Source of the DNA: an uncultured Prevotella sp.
GTDB taxonomy: Bacteria; Bacteroidota; Bacteroidia; Bacteroidales; Bacteroidaceae
DNA: 64,000 nt
Direction of reading: 5' to 3'
Assembly (NCBI GenBank): GCA_946402275.1
Contig: CAMIVY010000002.1
Location: 144,724 to 208,723, forward strand
The notes under the pieces are model-generated. The model saw nothing but the letters and a program-made list of their open reading frames with translations, ran no database searches and was not told where the DNA came from. Both the position numbers and the translations under genes were made by a program. Shown here one piece after another: positions 22,707 to 32,444 of this stretch. How positions within the stretch are numbered: position 1 is the first letter of the stretch; the number at the start of each line of letters is the position of its first letter.

Positions 22707-24419
22707 ATGAAGAATATTTTTCTAAAAACAGCTATAGTCGGATTAATTGCTATGGGAACTGCTTCCTGTGCCGACGAGCTGAATATACAATCCATAGATC
22801 CAAAGACATCACCATCGTTTGATGATATGGAGCTCTTGGCCAAGCAGTATGCTACACTCGGACTGACAGGTCAAATTGGTGGCGCTGGTAACAGTGATAT
22901 CAGTGGTGATGAGGGTGAAATCGGTTTCATTCGTACAACTTTCAATCTGGAAGAGCTTTGCACGGATATTTGTGCTTGGGCATGGCAGGACAATGAGGAC
23001 ATCAAGCCATTGACCAACATCCAGTGGACCTCAAGCAGTTCACGTGCATATTGGGCATATCAGCGTTTGGCTTATGACATTACCCTTTATAACTCTTATC
23101 TGTCTCAGCAAGGTGGCCGTAGTGACGGAGAATACCCTCATTATTTGGCTGAGGTACGTTTCTTGAGAGCCCTCCATTATTGGTATTTCTTGGACCTTTT
23201 CCACAAAGCTCCATTTAAAACGGACTTCTCTATGAGCGAGCTTCCTATTGAAAAGGGTGGAAAAGAACTCTACGACTGGATTGACCAAGAGTTGACAGAG
23301 ATTGAGCCACTATTAGCTAGCATCGGTTCTTTCAACAACACCCAGAACTTCGGTCGTGCTGACCAGGGTGCAGCTTATGCGTTGCACGCTCGTCTAGCTC
23401 TGAACTCAGAGGTTTATACAGATGGTCAGGTTAAGGACTATCAGAAAGCCATCGACTATTGCGATAAGGTGATTGCCGGTCCTTATGCTCTTTCTGTAGC
23501 ATCTAAGAACGGTTTCACTGGTTATGAGCAGGTATTCATGGGTGATAATGACACCAATCCTCAGGCTATGAAAGAGATTATCTTTGCCATTCGTCAAGAT
23601 GGTAACAAGACACAGTCTCACGCTGGAAGCACCTATATGGTCAGCTCTTGCCGTGTTGCAGGTATGCCTTACAGCTATACTGATAACTATTGGAGCTGTA
23701 ACTTTGCACGCAAATCTCTTATCGAGAAGTTCTTCCCAAATGTAACTGACTGCAAGATTCCTTCTGAGGATGCTGTTAAGAAGTACATGGAAGACCATAA
23801 CCTGAAGAATTTTGAGAATGAAGCAGACGTGATTGCTGCCGATGCAGAATTAGGTGGTTCAACAGCCGACATCATTAAAGCAGCAAACGATGATCGCGCC
23901 ATGTTCTACGGTGGTGTAGGTGGTGATTCAAAAGAGAATATCCGTAAGTACACCATGGAAAAGAACATCAAGAACTTCTATGATGGTCTTAGTATTGTAA
24001 AATGGCAGAACCGTCGTTCAGACAACTCATCTCCGAGTCCTACCATATTCTCAGATACAGATATTCCTGTATTCCGTCTGGCAGAAATGTACATGACTCG
24101 TGCAGAGGCTAAACTCCGTCTGGGCAAAGCTGGTGCTGTAGACGATGTAAACGTCATCAGAGCTCGTGCTCATACCAACACATTGAATGCTATTGAGCTG
24201 AAAGACATGCCTGACGAATGGTGTCGTGAGTTCTATTTCGAAGGCCGTCGTCGTAGTGATCTTGTACGCTTTGGTCTCTTTACTTCCAGTCGTTACGTAT
24301 GGCCCATGAAGGGTGGTACGCCTACAGGTACTGGTGTTGACTCTCATTATAACATCTATCCGATTCCTGACAACGACTTGGCAGGTAATCCGAATATGAC
24401 CCAAAATCCTGGTTACTAA
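22707..24419 (+). CDS. susD: SusD/RagB lipoprotein
   Basis: Lipobox TASC, AEVRFLRAL.Y..LDLF, FRLAEMY..RAEA, E..REFYFEGRRRSDLVRFG, YPIP, QNPGY. Confidence 0.95.
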   Translation: MKNIFLKTAIVGLIAMGTASCADELNIQSIDPKTSPSFDDMELLAKQYATLGLTGQIGGAGNSDISGDEGEIGFIRTTFNLEELCTDICAWAWQDNEDIKPLTNIQWTSSSSRAYWAYQRLAYDITLYNSYLSQQGGRSDGEYPHYLAEVRFLRALHYWYFLDLFHKAPFKTDFSMSELPIEKGGKELYDWIDQELTEIEPLLASIGSFNNTQNFGRADQGAAYALHARLALNSEVYTDGQVKDYQKAIDYCDKVIAGPYALSVASKNGFTGYEQVFMGDNDTNPQAMKEIIFAIRQDGNKTQSHAGSTYMVSSCRVAGMPYSYTDNYWSCNFARKSLIEKFFPNVTDCKIPSEDAVKKYMEDHNLKNFENEADVIAADAELGGSTADIIKAANDDRAMFYGGVGGDSKENIRKYTMEKNIKNFYDGLSIVKWQNRRSDNSSPSPTIFSDTDIPVFRLAEMYMTRAEAKLRLGKAGAVDDVNVIRARAHTNTLNAIELKDMPDEWCREFYFEGRRRSDLVRFGLFTSSRYVWPMKGGTPTGTGVDSHYNIYPIPDNDLAGNPNMTQNPGY

Positions 24420-24440
24420 TCTTTAAATGAGCATACAAAT

Positions 24441-25601
24441 ATGAAAAAGATATTATTCAGTCTGTTAGTTCCCGCACTTTTCATGGGGTTAATGACTTCA
24501 TGCGAAACAGACAGGGACAGCAATCCGACACTGGATGTCAGCAAAGCCCAGGAAGGTTTCCATCTGAACGTTCCTGCCAATGCTGTTAACAACACATACG
24601 ACTTGTTAGCAGGCGAAAAGCTGTGGATCACAGCTGAGCAGCCTAATTACGGTGGTCTGCCTTATATGACACGTTATTTTGTACAGGTGTCTAACGAAGA
24701 GGCTTTCACTCAGTTTACAGAACTGGCCACTTCATTCACTACAGCAAAGATGGGTGTGGATACCTACGAGATGAACCAGGCTATCGTAGCCATGTTCAAA
24801 GAGAAGAATCCTGACCTAGATTATCCCAACTTACCCGCTCCCGTTTGGATTCGCCTCCGTGCCATTATTGATGGTTACTCCTATGGCGAAAGTTTCTCCA
24901 ACATCATCAAGTTGCCTAGCGTACTGGCTAACTATCAGGCTCCGAAGGCTACCCTGCCTACAGACATTCTGATTGTAGGTTCTTCCATCCAAACTGCATG
25001 GGCCGACTGGAAGCCATTAGCACCTGTCTATGACAGCCCAGGCAAGTTCTACACCATCGCCTACTTCCCAGCTGGTGGACAATTCAAATGGGGACTTGAG
25101 AAGTTTGATTGGCGCGGATATGATCGTATTAAGAATTATGACGATCAAGCTGGTGCTGGTATCCATGAGGCTGCTAGCGACGGAAACATCCAGATTGACA
25201 ATGCTGGTTGGTATGGCCTGCTCTTCGATGCCGAGATTGTTGGAAATAACATCCAATACACACTGCATGTTTATCCTGCTGCTGCTTACGTTATTGGTAA
25301 TGGTACTGGTACGTGGGACGACTCCGCAGCTGAATGGGCTCTGACTGCTCCTGCTGATGCCAGCGGACAGTGGGTATCTCCTGCATTCACAGGATCTGGC
25401 GAGTTACGTGCATACATCAAGTATCCAGGCATCGAATGGTGGCGTACTGAGTATACGCTTTATCAAGGAGAACTGTACTGGCGTACTGTCAACATCATTA
25501 GCAGTTGGGCAGACAATGTTGGTGCCGAATACTCTGTAAATGTAAGTCCTGGTCAAAAACTCTACGTTGACTTTGACAAGAATACTGGTGAAGTAAAATA
25601 A
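24441..25601 (+). CDS. SusE-like starch-binding surface lipoprotein
   Basis: Lipobox MTSC + ETDRD, SusE-type W..EQPNYG...Y.VQVS and IRLRA..SN, Trp-rich C-terminal modules; follows susD. Confidence 0.8.
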   Translation: MKKILFSLLVPALFMGLMTSCETDRDSNPTLDVSKAQEGFHLNVPANAVNNTYDLLAGEKLWITAEQPNYGGLPYMTRYFVQVSNEEAFTQFTELATSFTTAKMGVDTYEMNQAIVAMFKEKNPDLDYPNLPAPVWIRLRAIIDGYSYGESFSNIIKLPSVLANYQAPKATLPTDILIVGSSIQTAWADWKPLAPVYDSPGKFYTIAYFPAGGQFKWGLEKFDWRGYDRIKNYDDQAGAGIHEAASDGNIQIDNAGWYGLLFDAEIVGNNIQYTLHVYPAAAYVIGNGTGTWDDSAAEWALTAPADASGQWVSPAFTGSGELRAYIKYPGIEWWRTEYTLYQGELYWRTVNIISSWADNVGAEYSVNVSPGQKLYVDFDKNTGEVK

Positions 25602-25620
25602 CTAAAAAATCACAGAAAAT

Positions 25621-27474
25621 ATGAAAAAATTATTATATAGCCTTTTTGCAACAGCGAGCTTCGTGCTCGCCAGTTGCACAGGCGACTACACCGACTGGGC
25701 TGCCCCACAGGCATACAGCCAAGAAGAAGCTGCTGCCAAATATGGCATTACTTTCGCTGCTGGTCCTGACGCAAACATTGTCATGCCTGTAGAGGAAGAT
25801 GAGATTAAGCTCGTACAGATTAATGCTCAAAACGATGACATTGCTGGTTACACCATTAAGTCCATCACTATCGATGGTCATGAGATCCCTGCAAATACTA
25901 ACGGAAACTACATCACTGTTTCTGCCAAGGATCTGAATTCACTCATTGAAGAGTTGAACAATTCTCGTGCATCTGTTCAGCGTGCTTATACCCTTAAGAC
26001 TGTTGTGTCCATCAACATGAAGAGCGGTGAGTCTGTTACCTTTGAGACAGAAGCCAATATCAATGGTAGTCTTACCCCTAAGGCAACTCCTTCTATCGAC
26101 CCCAAGGGCTATTTCATCTTGGGAGGTTTTGAAGAGAATGCTAATGATAAAGGAGAGGGCTGGCAGCCCAACAAGCCCATCTGGATGACAAGTAACGGAG
26201 ATGGTACATTTAGCGCAGAAGTAACTACTCTTGCGGAAGGTTCCAATTGGTTCAAGTTCTATGAAGGAAGCAACTACGTAGCTGGTGACTGGGATTCTAT
26301 TAATAAAGGTGAGATGGGATGTGCAGTTAACGGTGATAACTCTGTTAATGGTTTTATCATTACAAAAAATGACTATGTAGCTGTTCAGACCCCAGTTGTT
26401 GATGGTGAGCCAGGCAACGTATACAAGATTACCATTGACATGAATAATCTGACCTATAATGTTGCACGTGTACCCGTTAACCTCTATTTGGTTGGTGGTA
26501 CTAACGACTGGTACTCTTCTGCCGTCAACAAGACTGTGAAGTTTAATCAGGCTGATCCAGAGAAGGCTGTTTACACTTTAACAATTCCAGCTGCTAAGGG
26601 CGACACTTGGTTTGCATTTGGTGACGACAAGGCTTGCGATGCTATTGCCAACAATAACGACTGGAAACTGCTCTATGCTACAACGAACGGTAATGGTAAG
26701 AATGGTGAAAGCGGAACATTTGTCCGTCGTAACAAAATGCCAGAAGGCGATGATGGTTCATTTATGGTAGCTGCAGGCCCTGACCTTATCGAGATTACAA
26801 TTGATCTGAATAAAGCTACCTATGTAATCAAAGGTATCGAACTTTCACCTCTTTACTATGTAGTAGGTGCTGTTCAGGGCTGGAGTGACAAGAACAAGAC
26901 TCACATCTTCACTCCTCATTCTAAGAAAGTGCTCTCTTATACAACAAAGTGGACGGGCGCTTGGGATTTGAAGTTCTGGAACGCAAACGACTTTGGTGAC
27001 TGGGGCAAGGCTTATGGATGCCAGGTTGATGGTGACAGTTCACCCAGCGGTGCTATTATCGGCAGCAATGCCCAAGCCATCTCTGCTCCTTCTGCAGAAT
27101 TCTATACCTTCACCATTGATATGGATAATATGGTATACACTTGGACCAAGCTGGACAACCAGAGTCCCACCGAGTATCAGTACATCTCTTTGATTGGCGA
27201 GTTCAATGGTTGGGGTGGCGACTATGAGCTGACACAAGTTGCTCCACACAACTGGCACTGTGTATTCACACAGGAGAATGCTGGTATGCTGAAATACCGT
27301 GCTAACCACGACTGGTCAACCAACTGGGGTTATGGATCGGACGGTGATTGGAATGTAGCAACGGCTATTGATCACATCGGTACAAACGGCGGTGGAAACA
27401 TCTATGTTCCAGCAGGCACATACGATGTCTATCTGAACGACATCACGAGCTCAATGCTCTTTGTTCAGCAATAA
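25621..27474 (+). CDS. SusF-like (DUF5115-type) starch-binding surface lipoprotein
   Basis: Lipobox LASC + TGDYTDWAAPQ; repeated Y/L-xxG-xxxGW modules, KYRANHDWSTNWG, AGTYDVYLND. Confidence 0.8.
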   Translation: MKKLLYSLFATASFVLASCTGDYTDWAAPQAYSQEEAAAKYGITFAAGPDANIVMPVEEDEIKLVQINAQNDDIAGYTIKSITIDGHEIPANTNGNYITVSAKDLNSLIEELNNSRASVQRAYTLKTVVSINMKSGESVTFETEANINGSLTPKATPSIDPKGYFILGGFEENANDKGEGWQPNKPIWMTSNGDGTFSAEVTTLAEGSNWFKFYEGSNYVAGDWDSINKGEMGCAVNGDNSVNGFIITKNDYVAVQTPVVDGEPGNVYKITIDMNNLTYNVARVPVNLYLVGGTNDWYSSAVNKTVKFNQADPEKAVYTLTIPAAKGDTWFAFGDDKACDAIANNNDWKLLYATTNGNGKNGESGTFVRRNKMPEGDDGSFMVAAGPDLIEITIDLNKATYVIKGIELSPLYYVVGAVQGWSDKNKTHIFTPHSKKVLSYTTKWTGAWDLKFWNANDFGDWGKAYGCQVDGDSSPSGAIIGSNAQAISAPSAEFYTFTIDMDNMVYTWTKLDNQSPTEYQYISLIGEFNGWGGDYELTQVAPHNWHCVFTQENAGMLKYRANHDWSTNWGYGSDGDWNVATAIDHIGTNGGGNIYVPAGTYDVYLNDITSSMLFVQQ

Positions 27475-27495
27475 GCATAAAGATCTTTCAATATT

Positions 27496-27531
27496 CAGGC
27501 GGACACCTACCCTAGGGTGCCCGTCTGTTTT
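27496..27531 (+). terminator. Intrinsic terminator of susCDEF
   Basis: CAGGCGGACACC...GGTGCCCGTCTG stem followed by TTTT. Confidence 0.75.
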
Positions 27532-27653
27532 ATATTAAGGAAAAATATTGCTACCATTAATGCTCGCAATTGTTAGACTTAAATGTAGCATTTTTATTAT
27601 TTAATACGCCAGTTCGGGATAAGTATATGACTTATGCTCTGAAAAATATTTTT

Positions 27654-27733
27654 AATAACCCTGCCTTATTTTGGAATAACCCTGCCTTATTGGACAATAA
27701 CCCTGCCTTATTCAAAAATACTTTCGGAGTATT
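27654..27733. repeat. 21-bp-period tandem repeat
   Basis: AATAACCCTGCCTTATT x3 (27654, 27675, 27696) with 4-nt variable linkers, plus a degenerate AATACTTTCGGAGTATT at 27717. Confidence 0.9.
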
Positions 27734-27778
27734 CCCAAAAACAAAGGCTTTAAGGGTATAGGGTATCTAGAGATGTAA

Positions 27779-27796
27779 AATGCAACCGATTGCACA
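27779..27796. promoter_or_regulatory. Second LacI-type operator upstream of amylase
   Basis: AATGCAACCGATTGCACA keeps the TGCAA-nCGn-TTGCA core of the 19550 palindrome; -7 box TATCTTTG at 27849-27856. Confidence 0.75.
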
Positions 27797-27882
27797 TGCT
27801 CTCAAAAAATTTCCACAACATTGTAGTTCACCCTATTTGTAAATTTTGTATCTTTGCAAAGTAAATCTAACGACTAACGATT

Positions 27883-29724
27883 ATGAAACGACTTTTTACC
27901 TCATTATTGATTACGTTGACCACCCTAACAACGATGGCACAGGGATGGCCCGCAGAATACAAAGGTGTGATGTTGCAAGGATTCTATTGGAATGGTTATG
28001 CAGATTCCCAATGGCCATTACTTGAAAGAGATGCAAACAATCTGGCCACAACATTCGACCTGGTATGGGTACCCCAGAGTGCTAACTGTGGAGGACAGTC
28101 TATGGGCTACGACGACTTGTATTGGTTCGCGAATTACAACAGCTCGTTTGGAACAAAAGAAGAGCTGAAGTCGATGATTTCCACATTTAAAGCTAAGGGT
28201 ATCGGCACGATAGCCGACATCGTGATTAACCACCGTAAGAATGTTTCGAACTGGGTGGACTTCCCCAAAGAGACATACAAGGGAGTGGACTATGAGCTGA
28301 AATCGACAGATATCTGTGCTGATGATGATAAATACAAACAAGGAAACACATGGGTTTATCCCACCAAGGATTGGGCCACACAGAACGGATACCAACTCTC
28401 GACAAACAACGACACAGGTACAGACTGGGGTGGTATGCGCGATTTGGACCATAAGAGTACGAATGTGCAGAACAGCGTCAAGGCTTATCTGAAGATGCTG
28501 TTGGAGGAGGAGGAATTTGGCTATATAGGCTTCCGTTACGACATGGTGTTGGGCTATAGTGGAGCATACACCAAGATATATAATGAAGACGCGAAACCAA
28601 AGTACTCGGTAGGTGAATGCTGGCATAGCACAAATACCATCAAGGACTGGATAGACGCTACCGGCAAGACCAGTGCCGCCTTCGACTTCCAGTTCCGTTA
28701 TACCGTGCGCAATGCTATCAACAGTCAAGACTGGAGGAAATTGGCTGATAAGAATGACGGTAACTGGCCATTGGTGAGCAAGGAGTATTATAGTGGAAGC
28801 TATCGCCAGTATGCCGTAACATTTGTTGAGAACCACGACACGGAATATCGATCATCAAAGGAGCAGCAGGATCCACTCCGTAAGGACACGTTAGCAGCCA
28901 ATGCCTATCTCTTGGCTATGCCTGGAACACCCTGTGTGTTCATGACGCACTGGCTGGCTTACAAGCAAGAGATTGCCAACATGGTGGCAGTCCGCAAGGC
29001 TGTGGGCATCAGCAATATAAGTATACCAACAGAAGTGGGTAGTGTCAAGGACTACTATGCCGTACAGGTAGAGGGCAGTGGTAGCAAGAAACTACTTTGT
29101 GTGGTTGGCACGAAGGCAAACAGTTATACTCCTAACAACAGTAACTGGAAAAAAGTGATCAGTGGTTACCACTATGCCTACTATGTACAAGGTATTGAAC
29201 CCGCAGATATTACTTTGCCAGAAGTGAAAGAGGACGGGAAACCGAAGGATGGCGTGTACGATGGCGTACCCTCGTTCTGCACCATTGAAGAAGGCGAAAT
29301 CTGTGCTTTCTTCGAGGCTCCTTTGACATGGGGCGCGCTGACATATACTTGGGCATGGATGGATAAAGGTGACGGTAAAGACTATGTAGGCACAGACTGG
29401 CCTGGTGTCGGTGCAAAGCTAATAGGTACTGCCGACAATGGCAATAGAGTGTTTAAGTGGGTGTCTACCAAAACTACAGCCCCTGACAACATCATTTTCA
29501 GTGGTGCCGAAAACAAGACTGCCGATATGGTATTCACCAACGCAGGCTATTACACCAAGGACGGAAAACAAGCCGTAGTAACGGCAACCGGCATTGAAGC
29601 CGTTCGCACTACCCCATCAACAAAGGACAATGTCATCTATGATCTGCAGGGTCGTAAGGTAAGCAAAGAACAATTGAAGAAGGGCTTGTACATCGTAAAC
29701 GGCAAAAAAGTCGTGATAAAGTAA
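27883..29724 (+). CDS. GH13 alpha-amylase with starch-binding module and T9SS-type C-terminal domain
   Basis: MLQGFYW, ADIVINH, GFRYD, VGECW, FVENHD; Trp-rich YTWAW..WPG module; tail TGI...IYDLQGRKV...KKGLYIVNGKKVVIK. Confidence 0.88.
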   Translation: MKRLFTSLLITLTTLTTMAQGWPAEYKGVMLQGFYWNGYADSQWPLLERDANNLATTFDLVWVPQSANCGGQSMGYDDLYWFANYNSSFGTKEELKSMISTFKAKGIGTIADIVINHRKNVSNWVDFPKETYKGVDYELKSTDICADDDKYKQGNTWVYPTKDWATQNGYQLSTNNDTGTDWGGMRDLDHKSTNVQNSVKAYLKMLLEEEEFGYIGFRYDMVLGYSGAYTKIYNEDAKPKYSVGECWHSTNTIKDWIDATGKTSAAFDFQFRYTVRNAINSQDWRKLADKNDGNWPLVSKEYYSGSYRQYAVTFVENHDTEYRSSKEQQDPLRKDTLAANAYLLAMPGTPCVFMTHWLAYKQEIANMVAVRKAVGISNISIPTEVGSVKDYYAVQVEGSGSKKLLCVVGTKANSYTPNNSNWKKVISGYHYAYYVQGIEPADITLPEVKEDGKPKDGVYDGVPSFCTIEEGEICAFFEAPLTWGALTYTWAWMDKGDGKDYVGTDWPGVGAKLIGTADNGNRVFKWVSTKTTAPDNIIFSGAENKTADMVFTNAGYYTKDGKQAVVTATGIEAVRTTPSTKDNVIYDLQGRKVSKEQLKKGLYIVNGKKVVIK

Positions 29725-29732
29725 AAGGTACG

Positions 29733-30212
29733 ATGAAGCAGCGACTTCTCTTTGTCTGCCTGGGAAACATCTGTCGTTCACCAGCCGCTGAAGGTATTAT
29801 GCAGCGACTGGTGGACGACAGAGGTCTATCTGACCAGTTCCACATTGAGTCGGCAGCTATCGGCCCTTGGCATATCGGTGATTTGCCTGACAGCAGGATG
29901 CGCCGCTGTGGCAACAAGCATGGCTATAACTTCAACAGTCGCGCCCAACAGTTGGACAGCTCGTATTTTGACCACTTCGACCTCATCATTGGAATGGATC
30001 ACGAAAACATAAGGGCCATTTCTTCCAAAGCCCGTAATGAAGAGGACAGGCGGAAAATCAGGCTGATGGCCGACTATCTGCATCACCACCCCTCGCAAGC
30101 CACGATTCCAGACCCTTACTATGGAGTGGAGCGCGACTTTGAATTGGTCATAGAGCTTTTGGAAGATGCCTGTGAAGGCTTACTGAAAGCTATCATAGAA
30201 CAAAAAAAATAA
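29733..30212 (+). CDS. Low molecular weight protein-tyrosine phosphatase
   Basis: P-loop VCLGNICRSPAAE and IPDPYYG. Confidence 0.93.
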   Translation: MKQRLLFVCLGNICRSPAAEGIMQRLVDDRGLSDQFHIESAAIGPWHIGDLPDSRMRRCGNKHGYNFNSRAQQLDSSYFDHFDLIIGMDHENIRAISSKARNEEDRRKIRLMADYLHHHPSQATIPDPYYGVERDFELVIELLEDACEGLLKAIIEQKK

Positions 30213-30246
30213 TGGAATAATAACAAAATAGACAGAGACTCAACAT

Positions 30247-32286
30247 ATGAAGAAAGTGTTATCAGCAACCATCTTATTCCTCTTTGCGCTGTCAGCAATG
30301 GCGCAGATGATGGATCCAGTACACTTCACGACTGAACTGAAAAAATTAAAGGGGAACGAGGCAGAGCTCGTTTTCTCGGCAACGATTGACCCAGGATGGC
30401 ATGTATATTCCACGAATCTGGGTAGCAACGGACCGATCTCCGCTTCGTTTAACACGGTAAAGATGGATGGTGCTGAACTGGTGGGCAAGTTGCAGGCACG
30501 GGGTCACGAAATCAAGAATTTCGACAAGCTCTTCGACATGGAGCTGCGCTATTTTGAGAAGGCGGTGACATTCGTACAGAAAATCCGTTTCACCAAGCCA
30601 CACTACTCGATTGACTGCTACGTGGAATATGGAGCCTGCAATGACGAGGCTTGTCTGCCCCCCTCTGAAGCTACGCTGAAAACGAGCGGAGAGAGCCCTG
30701 TGGCAAGCACTGAGAATACCCAAGAAATTAAAGAGGAAAAGGTGGCTGAAAAGACGGATGCTGACACGATAACGGCGCAACATGATTCTTCATCCGTGGC
30801 AGTAGCAGCAGAGGCAGAGAATGACCTTTGGCAACCCGTCATTGAGGAACTGAAGACAATGGGTGGTAGCGACAACATAGCAGACCATTCCTTGCTCTAT
30901 ATCCTGCTGATGGGATTCATTGGCGGTCTGCTGGCTGTCTGTATGCCTTGCATCTGGCCTATCATCCCCATGACGGTAAGCTTCTTCCTGAAACGTGCCA
31001 TGACGGACAAGCGGAAAGGCATTAAGGATGCAATCATCTATGGACTGAGCATCATCGTGATATATCTGGGCTTGGGATTGCTTGTGACGGCAATCTTCGG
31101 TAGCGACACGCTGAACGCCATGTCAACCAATGCCATATTCAATATCTTCCTATTCGTGCTGTTGGTGGTCTTCGCCCTGTCATTCTTTGGTTGGTTCGAA
31201 ATCAAGTTGCCCGATAGCTGGGCGAATGCTGTGGATACCAAGGCTTCCACGACTAGTGGACTGCTTTCCATCTTCCTGATGGCCTTCACCCTTGTGCTCG
31301 TTTCGTTCTCCTGTACAGCTCCTATCATCGGTCTGCTTTTGGTAGAGACGACAACCAGTGGGAACTGGCTGGCACCAGCCTTGGGAATGTTCGGTTTTGC
31401 ATTGGCGTTAGCCCTACCCTTCACACTCTTTGCACTCTTCCCTGCATGGCTGAAACAGGCTCCTAAGTCAGGATCGTGGATGAACACCCTGAAAGTCGTG
31501 CTCGGATTTATTGAGTTGGCTTTCGCCTTGAAATTCTTCTCCGTAGCCGACCTTGCCTATGGCTGGCATCTGTTGGACCGTGAGGTGTTCCTGTCGTTAT
31601 GGATTGTCATCTTTGCCTTGTTGGGAGCCTACCTCTGCGGATGGCTGAAATTCCAGAGTGATGTCCTACTCACCATGAACCAAGAACCATTAACCGTGAA
31701 CCACAAACCCATGCCTGTGGCCTGTATCATGGGCGGACTGTTATCACTGGCCTTCGCCATTTACATGGTTCCTGGACTCTGGGGAGCTCCCTGTAAGGCT
31801 GTAAGTGCTTTCGCACCACCTATGAACACACAAGATTTCAACCTGAACACAAAAGTGGTGGAAGCCAAATTCACAGACTACGATGAAGGAATGGCTGCTG
31901 CCAAAGCACAAGGAAAGCCCGTGCTCATTGACTTTACAGGATTCGGATGTGTCAACTGCCGTAAAATGGAGGCGGCGGTATGGACAGACCCAGAGGTGGC
32001 TGATATGTTGACGGACGACTTTGTGCTTATCTCACTCTATGTGGATGACAAGACACCACTCAAGGAACCCATAGAAGTGACTGACGCCCACGGCAATACC
32101 AAGACGCTGCGTACCGTAGGGGCAAAATGGAGCTGGCTACAGAGTTCCAAATTCGGAGCCAATGCCCAACCGTTTTATGTCGTGCTCGACAACAACGGGA
32201 AACCACTAACTAATAGCCGTGCCTACGATGAGGACATTGCGGAATACATCAAATTCCTGAAAAAAGGTCTTGAGAAATATAAATAA
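30247..32286 (+). CDS. dsbD: DsbD-family protein-disulfide reductase
   Basis: N-domain GWHVYS and ACNDEACLPP, TM cysteines MPCIWP and FSCTAP, thioredoxin FTGFGCVNCRKME. Confidence 0.88.
   Translation: MKKVLSATILFLFALSAMAQMMDPVHFTTELKKLKGNEAELVFSATIDPGWHVYSTNLGSNGPISASFNTVKMDGAELVGKLQARGHEIKNFDKLFDMELRYFEKAVTFVQKIRFTKPHYSIDCYVEYGACNDEACLPPSEATLKTSGESPVASTENTQEIKEEKVAEKTDADTITAQHDSSSVAVAAEAENDLWQPVIEELKTMGGSDNIADHSLLYILLMGFIGGLLAVCMPCIWPIIPMTVSFFLKRAMTDKRKGIKDAIIYGLSIIVIYLGLGLLVTAIFGSDTLNAMSTNAIFNIFLFVLLVVFALSFFGWFEIKLPDSWANAVDTKASTTSGLLSIFLMAFTLVLVSFSCTAPIIGLLLVETTTSGNWLAPALGMFGFALALALPFTLFALFPAWLKQAPKSGSWMNTLKVVLGFIELAFALKFFSVADLAYGWHLLDREVFLSLWIVIFALLGAYLCGWLKFQSDVLLTMNQEPLTVNHKPMPVACIMGGLLSLAFAIYMVPGLWGAPCKAVSAFAPPMNTQDFNLNTKVVEAKFTDYDEGMAAAKAQGKPVLIDFTGFGCVNCRKMEAAVWTDPEVADMLTDDFVLISLYVDDKTPLKEPIEVTDAHGNTKTLRTVGAKWSWLQSSKFGANAQPFYVVLDNNGKPLTNSRAYDEDIAEYIKFLKKGLEKYK
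31671..31712. repeat. AACCnnn heptamer x6 in DsbD loop
   Basis: caccatg aaccaag aaccatt aaccgtg aaccaca aacccat; encodes TMNQEPLTVNHKP. Confidence 0.75.
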
Positions 32287-32444
32287 CCCTCACGAGGGTG
32301 AGAGTTCTCTACACTGTAACGATAGTGGAAGTGGAGGGAATCGTAATCGACCTAAGTCGCTTTTACAAAGCGGAGCGACTAAAAGAACCCTCACGAGGGT
32401 GAGAGTTCTCTTCACTGTAACGATAGTGGAAGTGGAGGGAATCG
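32285..32444. repeat. 59-bp direct repeat of tmRNA 3' end and terminator, separated by a 42-bp hairpin
   Basis: 32285-32343 vs 32386-32444, one mismatch; period 101 bp. Confidence 0.92.
32381..32411 (-). terminator. tmRNA intrinsic terminator
   Basis: Minus strand AGAACTCTCAC-CCTC-GTGAGGGTTCT followed by TTT. Confidence 0.75.

Noticed and set aside
27654-27733. CRISPR interpretation of the 21-bp array and ORF 27570..27761
   Set aside because: Linkers are only 4 nt, units 17 bp, and no cas genes; the ORF starts at TTG and merely translates the repeat.
29733-30212. LMW-PTP as Wzb of the polysaccharide locus
   Set aside because: It sits between the amylase and dsbD, and the locus has a Wzz-type protein with no tyrosine kinase.
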